Source: a virus
Lineage: Duplodnaviria; Heunggongvirae; Uroviricota; Caudoviricetes
Length of the DNA: 64,000 nt
Direction: 5' to 3' (one strand)
IMG/VR virus record: IMGVR_UViG_2740892442_000004
In this document: positions 57,713-64,000 of the stretch, in pieces
Layout of the letters: each line of letters opens with the position of its first letter
Position numbering within the stretch: position 1 is the stretch's first letter
Notes under the pieces: generated by a model
Told to the model about the DNA's origin: nothing
Databases searched by the model: none
Seen by the model: only the letters and a program-made list of their open reading frames with translations
Made by a program: the position numbers and the translations under genes

Positions 57713-58270
57713 ATGACAACGATTGTTGCAGGCATCGATATCGAGTCTACGGGACTGGATTTCCTTGCTGGTCATAAAATTATTGAAATCGCAATTACCC
57801 GCTATGAACTGGAGACACAGAGACATATTGATAGTCTGGAGATGCGTTTTAACCCTCGCAGAAACATAGATCCGAAAGCTCAAGCCGTTCATGGCATTTC
57901 ATTGGAACAGCTCGCAGCTGAACCTTTGTTGTCAAATCATGCCAGCGAAATTGGCGCTTATATGGGGGCATGTAGTGTGTGGGTTGCTCATAACGGCGAA
58001 GCATTTGATATACCATTTATTCGACACGAGTTTTCAGGGTATGGAGTAAGACTGCCAGAAGTTCCTGTTATAGATACTATGTTATCGGGATTGTGGGCCA
58101 CAGAAGACGGTAAACGTCCCCGCCTTGAAGAGTTGGCCTTCTCTCTTGGCTTTATATACGATCATGCCAAAGCACATAGTGCCTTATATGACACAAACTT
58201 AATGATGCAATGCTTCTTTAAGGCACGTAATAAGTACGGATTTTTTAAATTACCCTCTGAAATTGTGTAA
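57713..58270 (+). CDS. DnaQ-like 3'-5' exonuclease (DEDDh family)
   Basis: Exo I GIDIESTGL, Exo II VAHNGEAFDIPF, Exo III HSALYDT. Confidence 0.8.
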   Translation: MTTIVAGIDIESTGLDFLAGHKIIEIAITRYELETQRHIDSLEMRFNPRRNIDPKAQAVHGISLEQLAAEPLLSNHASEIGAYMGACSVWVAHNGEAFDIPFIRHEFSGYGVRLPEVPVIDTMLSGLWATEDGKRPRLEELAFSLGFIYDHAKAHSALYDTNLMMQCFFKARNKYGFFKLPSEIV

Positions 58271-58273
58271 AAC

Positions 58274-58315
58274 AAAAGCCTACTTTAAAAAGTTTAAAGT
58301 AGGCTTTCTTTTAAA
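58274..58315 (+). terminator. Rho-independent terminator
   Basis: AAGCCTACTTTAAA-aagt-TTAAAGTAGGCTT followed by TCTTTTAAAG. Confidence 0.65.
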
Positions 58316-58428
58316 GAACAGTCGCCTTTCAATCATTTCCTGCCTGTATTTAATACTTTTCCGCCTGATAGGTTTAGTCAAAATGTAGCCATCGAAACGC
58401 AAATGTAACCAAACAGAAGGAGACTTAC

Positions 58429-59238
58429 ATGAGTTCGGTTGAAAATGTAATGACAAATGATGATCTGGACGAGCTGGCAGCCATGTTGCAATCACTTGAT
58501 GAACCAGTAAAAAAAGCTGCACAGGTTGAAAATACTGATGATATTGACGATCTGCTGCTCGGCCTAGATGCTGGCGTAGCCATGAGTTCTGATGATGTTG
58601 CCGAAGAACTGTTCAATGAAGAAAAAGCAGGTGATTTCAGCTCAGCTTTAAATGAGTTGGAGTTAGCGCATGAGCCTATAAACGTAATTAACGCTGAAAG
58701 TGGTGAAGCTGCCGAAAACGAACCAGAACAGTTGGGGATCATCGAGGTTGAAGGGTGTGTTGAGATTAATGATGAATTAAAAGTTCAACAGTCAAATGAT
58801 AGCAACACAAATAAAAAAGCGCGTACTGCAAGAGGTCCTCGTTTTGCTCTAAGTGATAAAGATGATGCGTTTTTCAATAAAGCGGGTTTAGAGAAAGATA
58901 TTTTTTTAGACGCTTACGATAACGCGCCTGTCAAAGCAAAGGATAAGATATTAAACCTTCTTAATTGGTTTAGCGGAGGTCCAGATATTAGTGTTTACAC
59001 GGTAATTTCCATGAGACACCTTCTCACAGAAAAGAAGGCTACAAGTAATAGTATTAAGATTGCTTTAATGAGCAATCCAGAAAAACCGTATCCGCTTAAC
59101 ACTGCGTCAACTCAGGCTGGGCAAATGATGGCTGTATTTCCAGCGACAGGAATTGCCGTTAGAGACGGTGGAAATCTAACATTGAACGAAGAATCACCGA
59201 TCGTTAAGAAGTTTGTCGCGGAGTACACTATTGGATGA
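58429..59238 (+). CDS. Hypothetical acidic protein
   Basis: 269 aa, very acidic N-terminal half (DDLDELAAMLQSLDEP...). Confidence 0.45.
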   Translation: MSSVENVMTNDDLDELAAMLQSLDEPVKKAAQVENTDDIDDLLLGLDAGVAMSSDDVAEELFNEEKAGDFSSALNELELAHEPINVINAESGEAAENEPEQLGIIEVEGCVEINDELKVQQSNDSNTNKKARTARGPRFALSDKDDAFFNKAGLEKDIFLDAYDNAPVKAKDKILNLLNWFSGGPDISVYTVISMRHLLTEKKATSNSIKIALMSNPEKPYPLNTASTQAGQMMAVFPATGIAVRDGGNLTLNEESPIVKKFVAEYTIG

Positions 59239-59421
59239 CGTTCCCCTACTGAAAATAAAGCCCATAGAGAGCTTTATAGTGCTGGGTAAGCCAATCACAT
59301 ACCCAGCACCACAAAAACGCGCCAGAGAGCTTCTCGTTTGCATTTCTGGCGCGTTTTATTTGATTGCCAGACATAAAATCAAATGCAAAAATAGGTATTT
59401 ACTTACCTATCGAGAAAGAAG

Positions 59422-60015
59422 ATGATTGCAGCCGAAAAAATCAAACAGCGAAAGCGCGACAACTCTCTTCGTGACCTCTGGAGAACACCTGACTGGCTGT
59501 TTTCTGCCATTCAACGTTATCTTGGAGTGACATTTGATGTTGACGTTGCCTGCAACAAGGACAATGCAAAGCTGCCTAATTTCATAGGCGTTGAGCGTGA
59601 TGCTTTGAAATCTGAATGGGGACAGCCAGGTACAATTGCCTTCCTCAATCCACCCTACTCCAAAATCTCCCCCTGGATTGATGCGGCTATACGTGAGCAG
59701 GCTCGCGGAGTTACAACAGTGATGCTAATTCCTCAATCCCTAGATACAAAGTGGTATGAGCGTGCAACAGAGTGTGCGAATGAGACGATTATTCTGTCTG
59801 GTGGCCGCGTAGCGTTTGTCGAGCCTGACGTCAATCTGGGTCAGGTAGAAGTAAACATCAACCCAGGTGGCAGTATGCTCGTTGTTTTTCGAGGATTCTG
59901 TCAGGACGCTGGGCACTCTATAAGCAAGATCCCTTTGGACGTCATGAAAAGTCTGGGAGGGTATGATCCTGCGAATGTGATCAGGAAAAAAAGACCATCA
60001 AAGAAGGCTGCTTAG
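59422..60015 (+). CDS. Phage-type DNA N6-adenine methyltransferase (orphan, no cognate endonuclease seen)
   Basis: Catalytic motif NPPY (AFLNPPYSK) in a ~197-aa protein; preceded by palindromic ATAGGTATTTACTTACCTAT motif. Confidence 0.75.
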   Translation: MIAAEKIKQRKRDNSLRDLWRTPDWLFSAIQRYLGVTFDVDVACNKDNAKLPNFIGVERDALKSEWGQPGTIAFLNPPYSKISPWIDAAIREQARGVTTVMLIPQSLDTKWYERATECANETIILSGGRVAFVEPDVNLGQVEVNINPGGSMLVVFRGFCQDAGHSISKIPLDVMKSLGGYDPANVIRKKRPSKKAA

Positions 60016-60036
60016 TTTGTTCTGGCGTCTGTAATT

Positions 60037-60096
60037 AGCCTGCTTCTGTATATATAAATAACTACATATTAATTATTAATATACGGAAGCAGGCTG
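60037..60096 (+). repeat. About 60-bp palindrome, copy 2 of the element at 13064-13120
   Basis: AGCCTGCTTCTGTATATATAAATA...ATATACGGAAGCAGGCT; same arms and same single A/G asymmetry as copy 1; likely long-stem terminator after the methyltransferase gene. Confidence 0.6.
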
Positions 60097-60176
60097 TTTT
60101 GTATCAGAGACTCCAGACCTGAACATCACTACAGAATCCACTAGAACCCCTTCCCAGACGCTTTAAAATCGATTTT

Positions 60177-60431
60177 ATGAATCACTTTAAGGAAACTAAC
60201 ATGTCATACCCGACTAATGTCGTTGCGCTCGTAGAGAGCGATTTTCTGGCCCAGGCCCGTGAAATGATGAAAGACCGCGAGCAGGCTTTCAACTTGTACG
60301 AATGGGCAATTAAGTGCTTGCATCTTGGGGAGCATCGCGAACTTGTTGAACAGCTTTTAGGTGAGTTGATCAACGAGGTGTTTGCCTTGAATGTTCAACT
60401 ACATGGTCGAGAAAATAATCAATCGAAATGA
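60177..60431 (+). CDS. Hypothetical small protein
   Basis: 84-aa ORF with AAGGAAACTAACATG context. Confidence 0.4.
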   Translation: MNHFKETNMSYPTNVVALVESDFLAQAREMMKDREQAFNLYEWAIKCLHLGEHRELVEQLLGELINEVFALNVQLHGRENNQSK

Positions 60432-60439
60432 TAGATAAG

Positions 60440-61016
60440 TACAAACTATTCATAAAATGAATTGTAAGTGCTAAGATCTGATAGTTTCCAGTCGTAGACT
60501 GGAGACTCGACCTGATGGGTGGGGGTAAGCGTCACTGGCGTCAGGTTTAAAAAAGCTCACTACCAGCGTAGAACCGGTGCCGTTTAGGTGTCGGGGAAGG
60601 GGGAACCAAAGTGAGCGGAGACAAGGGTCACTTTATGATTGTCGAGTCTGGGGTGTTTCGAGAGGTTGAATCCAGTACTCCCCTTCATAAAGTGTGGGAA
60701 GATCTCGGTTCTGGGGTGCTGTCATCCATAACTTCCCAAGTCTAAGCTGGCAGTAGACTTAGGCCATAACTTTTCAGGTTATGAAACGACCAGGTTGGTG
60801 AGGGATTTTTATACTCACCTCCCTGGGAGAGTATTACCTGAAAAGACAACCTCTCACTTCGTTCGAGGTGAACTTCACTCACTTCGTTCGTTCAGTTCAG
60901 GTTTATAAAAACCTGTTCTGGGAAGTAATTTGTTTATTTTAATAATTATTAACACGCACGCGTGTGCGCACGCGCGAGGAAAAAAAATCGGCGCGGCGCT
61001 TGATTCAGGAGTTTAT
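60440..61016. other. About 580-bp ORF-free, hairpin-dense region with an alternating CG/CA tract; candidate structured RNA or cis element
   Basis: No ORF of 60 aa or more on either strand apart from a spurious extension of rnhA; local hairpins (CCAGTC-gta-GACTGG, GGTGAG..CTCACC), long-range complements (GACTCGAC/GTCGAGTC, GAAGGGG/CCCCTTC), direct repeat CACTTCGTTCG x2, tract ACACGCACGCGTGTGCGCACGCGCG at 60952-60978. Confidence 0.3.
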
Positions 61017-61607
61017 ATGACGACGAAGACACCAGCCCGATCGCAAGAAAAAACTCGCAAAAAAGCCAAAAACAAAAATTCTCCCCGCACCAATTCCACA
61101 ACGCCTGTCGTAGAGTTCAATCCCCAGCTTAAAACCGTGAAAATCTTCAGTGATGGCTCTTGCCTTAAAAATCCGGGTGGCCCGGGCGGTTACGGTATCG
61201 TTCTTCAGTATCGTGGAGAGGAACGCGAGTTCTCAGATGGTTTTCATAGCACCACCAATAACCGCATGGAGATGATGGGGGCACTTATCGGGCTGGAGCG
61301 TTTGAAATATCCATGCAACGTTATTTTGCACTCTGATAGCCAGTATCTGAAAAACGGCATGACACAGTGGATGAAATGGTGGAAACGCAATGGATGGGTG
61401 ACTTCTGACAAAAAACCGGTAAAGAATGTTGATCTGTGGAAGCGTCTGGATGAGGCTGCAAGTCGACATAATGTTCGCTGGAAGTGGGTTAAAGGTCACG
61501 CCGGGCATCGTGAAAATGAAATATGTGATCGACTCGCGAAGATCGCAGCTTTTTCCGCAGCAGATATGCCTCACAAGAAAGATATTGGTTTTGTTTACAA
61601 CAAGTAG
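61017..61607 (+). CDS. rnhA: Ribonuclease HI with about 40-aa basic N-terminal extension
   Basis: [49 protein letters not shown]...[23 protein letters not shown]...[22 protein letters not shown] parallels E. coli RNase HI; AGGAG ribosome-binding site before ATG 61017. Confidence 0.85.
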   Translation: MTTKTPARSQEKTRKKAKNKNSPRTNSTTPVVEFNPQLKTVKIFSDGSCLKNPGGPGGYGIVLQYRGEEREFSDGFHSTTNNRMEMMGALIGLERLKYPCNVILHSDSQYLKNGMTQWMKWWKRNGWVTSDKKPVKNVDLWKRLDEAASRHNVRWKWVKGHAGHRENEICDRLAKIAAFSAADMPHKKDIGFVYNK

Positions 61608-61755
61608 TAAGTAAGTGTTTACCTATCATTTTAAATCATGTATCTTATCGGCGTCAGGATGACAATGTGTCGGTAAGACACAGTTCCAGGATGGAACGAG
61701 AAAGGCGGCTGGCAATCGCCAGCCGCAACTCTTTCTGACACTGGATGGAGTCCAC

Positions 61756-62250
61756 ATGGCACGTCAAACCTATTTCACTTCTGCAACTAAACGTCCTCGT
61801 TCACTACGTCAAATTTTGGCCGAATTATTTAGCGGTCGTGTTCTGTCACGTCTTGATGAACTAGAGACTGCCGTTCGGTTGATGAATGAACGTTTAGATA
61901 AGCAAGCGTCAGTTGTTGCGAACGTGGGGGCGATTGTTACCTCTGGTTCTTCACGCGAAGCGAAAAGTACACGGCCTTTAGTGAAGGAGAAAAACAACAA
62001 GGACAGTTCGAATGGAAAATTTTCAAAGAAAGAGGCTGAAACCAATGGCCTACGTTCTCATTATAGTTTCACTGGCGACGGTAGCCGTTCCAGCCGGCCA
62101 GAGCCTTTTGATGCCGGGTTCATCCATCACCACACCTCCGTCGACGACAATTACCACCACTCCAGTAGAGCGTCCTGTCACTCTGGATGGGATGACGGTG
62201 GATGCGATACCTCAAGTTCATCCAGTTACTCAGGATCATGCTGTGACTAA
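61756..62250 (+). CDS. Hypothetical protein (C-terminal half low-complexity; an overlapping frame encodes a TM segment)
   Basis: 164-aa ORF; alternative frame 62012-62263 encodes MAYVLIIVSLATVAVPAG plus a Thr/Pro-rich tail; which frame is expressed is unclear. Confidence 0.3.
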   Translation: MARQTYFTSATKRPRSLRQILAELFSGRVLSRLDELETAVRLMNERLDKQASVVANVGAIVTSGSSREAKSTRPLVKEKNNKDSSNGKFSKKEAETNGLRSHYSFTGDGSRSSRPEPFDAGFIHHHTSVDDNYHHSSRASCHSGWDDGGCDTSSSSSYSGSCCD

Positions 62251-62259
62251 GGCGGTTGT

Positions 62260-62457
62260 ATGAACTGGTTTTCAAATCACTTTGGAAAAACTTGGCTGGC
62301 GATTCTGGCTTTCATAGCTCTCATGGCCGCCGGTTGGGTATCGAACATTGTAAAACTCGTTTGCTCTGGTGATCTCCAGTTTCAGGCTGGTATGACCTTG
62401 GCTCGTGTTGTTGGGATTTTTGTTTTTCCAGTCGGTTCGGTACTTGGTTATTTCTGA
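62260..62457 (+). CDS. Small two-helix membrane protein
   Basis: 65 aa, two hydrophobic helices; ATGA overlap with the upstream ORF. Confidence 0.4.
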   Translation: MNWFSNHFGKTWLAILAFIALMAAGWVSNIVKLVCSGDLQFQAGMTLARVVGIFVFPVGSVLGYF

Positions 62458-62550
62458 CGGTTGTTAGTGCATATGCATTGACCGTCTTTTCGTAAGCAAT
62501 TCATGTAACTAGAAAACAACTTGTTTTAACAAATAACAAAAGGAAAGCAC

Positions 62551-62976
62551 ATGTTAGGTTTATTCAAAAAGAAAACTCGTAAAGCTGTTATCGAGGTCAA
62601 AAAAATGGAGAACCGAGATGCGGTTGAAGCCACCGTGTGGGGCGCGTACATGATCTCCTATGCCGATGGCACATGCGACGCAAAGGAAATTTCCATTCTT
62701 GAGAAAACAATTGCAGCTCTGCCTGCGTTTTCTCCGTTTGCTGGTGAGATTGCCCAAATGAGCGCCAATATCCGTGCTCAATACGAAGCCTCACCGCGCC
62801 GCGCTAATGCCCAGGCTTTACGTGAGCTGGCTGATGTGGCCGGGACTAATGATGCAGTAGATGTACTGTGTCTGTGCCTTGATATTGCCGACCAAGACGG
62901 TATTGGCGAACAAGAAGAGCTGGCCCTGAAAAAGATCGCACAGGCGCTTCAGTTGTCACTGGATGCTTATCTCTAA
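62551..62976 (+). CDS. TerB-like domain protein (tentative)
   Basis: 141 aa; pattern ATVWGAYMISYADGTCDAKEISILEKTIAAL...ALKKIAQALQLS resembles TerB-type helical domains; dyad motif upstream. Confidence 0.4.
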   Translation: MLGLFKKKTRKAVIEVKKMENRDAVEATVWGAYMISYADGTCDAKEISILEKTIAALPAFSPFAGEIAQMSANIRAQYEASPRRANAQALRELADVAGTNDAVDVLCLCLDIADQDGIGEQEELALKKIAQALQLSLDAYL

Positions 62977-63134
62977 TGCTTGAGAGATTCCGGCTTGTGA
63001 CCGTCATTGCTCTTCTGGTGATGGCGGTGTTGGTGGATTTTACGGGAAAGATGATGTCTGTCATTTCTGATGGCGTCCTCATTGGTCTGGCGATCTACTT
63101 CGCTTATCCGCTAGTCCGTAAAGCAACGTGTTAA
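62976..63134 (+). CDS. Small membrane protein (below the ORF-track size cutoff)
   Basis: 52 aa, two hydrophobic segments; TAATG overlap with upstream gene. Confidence 0.3.
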   Translation: MLERFRLVTVIALLVMAVLVDFTGKMMSVISDGVLIGLAIYFAYPLVRKATC

Positions 63135-63273
63135 TGACAAGGGCCAAATGGCCCTTGTGTTTCGTTGACCGAAATAGAGAGTTTGCACCTTTACGTTTAG
63201 CTTGCTCCCCTTTTATGCCACATCACAATAAAGCCAATAAGAAAACAACTTGTTTAAGCATTAGGAAAAACAC

Positions 63274-63843
63274 ATGTGCAAGAAATGCAAAGCGATAGCT
63301 GATGAACAAAACGCCTTATTCGAAGAAATGGATGCTAATGAACTGGTCAAAATGTTAGCCATTCTTCGAGGAATAGAAGACGTTTCCATATTTGAGAGAG
63401 TGGTTACAGCACTTAATTTTGAGTCCACCTTTGAAGAGCCAACTCAGGTTGTAGCTTTAGCACATCATTTCGGTGTTCATTATCTTGCTGAAAAAGAGCG
63501 CGCTGATAAGTTGCAGGCGACTTTGGATATGGTGAGCGAGACTCAACGAACTGATGACACTAACAAGAGTGAGGCGATTATTGCCAGCAAAGATCGTGAA
63601 ATTGCTGGGCTTAAATCCTCTCTAACGATGTTGATGTCTGCGTTCAATCTTATGTCTTCTCAGGCGGGTTATAAAATGCCATCACTAAACAGCGATGATC
63701 CGATGGCCGTTCGTCAGCTTTTGGGAGCAATGGCCGACCAACTCGACGACACAAAGAGTCGGCTTGAAGACATGATGCGTGAGTTAAGCCATCGACATAA
63801 CCTCGCAACACAGCCACACAAAGCCTTTCAAAGCTCTAATTGA
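63274..63843 (+). CDS. Hypothetical protein
   Basis: 189 aa; preceded by AAACAACTTGTTT dyad and AGGAAAAACACATG context. Confidence 0.45.
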   Translation: MCKKCKAIADEQNALFEEMDANELVKMLAILRGIEDVSIFERVVTALNFESTFEEPTQVVALAHHFGVHYLAEKERADKLQATLDMVSETQRTDDTNKSEAIIASKDREIAGLKSSLTMLMSAFNLMSSQAGYKMPSLNSDDPMAVRQLLGAMADQLDDTKSRLEDMMRELSHRHNLATQPHKAFQSSN

Positions 63844-63898
63844 TCTGATATGGCCGCATGATCGGCCATATTGTGTTGATAAAAAACAAGGATGAAAA

Positions 63899-64000
63899 AT
63901 GGCATACGGTACAGGGATTTACAACAATAAAGGAATTAACGTTACTGGCTTCCTTACTCCTATTTTTTTTCTTGATCGATTTACTGCGTCATCAGGCTCT
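63899..64000 (+). CDS. Hypothetical protein, 5' fragment (runs off window end)
   Basis: ATG 63899 after AAGGA ribosome-binding site, MAYGTGIYNNKGINVTGF...; open to the end of the window. Confidence 0.35.
   Translation, partial: MAYGTGIYNNKGINVTGFLTPIFFLDRFTASSGS

Noticed and set aside
60930-61016. N-terminal extension of the rnhA track ORF ([19 protein letters not shown]...)
   Set aside because: It reads through the alternating CG/CA tract with no ribosome-binding site; a strong AGGAG site precedes ATG 61017, which gives an N-terminus consistent with RNase HI plus a basic extension.

Overview
This 64-kb window reads as a large segment of a temperate siphovirus-type phage-plasmid; the gene content resembles the SSU5/pHCM2 group, but that placement is from memory, not a search. 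All calls below come from reading the sequence and the ORF track by eye, with no database or folding tools.

Main modules, in order:
- Tail: a lambda gpJ-like tip protein (5' end cut by the window edge) and an Stf-like side tail fibre.
- Lysis: holin-like ORF, putative endolysin, Rz/Rz1-like spanin pair.
- Plasmid maintenance: a GNAT-toxin/DUF1778-antitoxin pair, ParA plus a small partner, and a P1-type replicon (RepA flanked by two iteron arrays and a GATC-rich origin).
- Replication, recombination and nucleotide metabolism: DnaB-like helicase, primase, ATP-dependent ligase, DnaE-like polymerase, gp32-like SSB, flap endonuclease, UvsX/RecA-like recombinase, SbcCD-like nuclease, RuvC-like resolvase, NrdA/NrdB, ThyA, DHFR, RNase HI, DnaQ-like exonuclease, N6-adenine methyltransferase, CobT/CobS-like pair.
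- Lysogeny and cargo: four tRNA genes (Asn, Tyr, Thr, Ser), a P4-type integrase, an XRE-family repressor.

The best candidate for something undescribed is the tRNA locus at about 20.7-24.7 kb. It combines long hairpin RNA elements fused to the 3' ends of tRNA genes, a strongly AT-rich membrane-protein gene, and repeated gene-start fragments ending in a 12-7-12 palindrome just upstream of the integrase. Two dispersed palindromic motif families in intergenic regions and a 580-bp ORF-free structured region upstream of RNase H are also unexplained.

One caveat affects the gene calls: at least six genes are split by apparent single-base deletions, each shifting the frame by -1, so homopolymer sequencing errors are more likely than true pseudogenes.
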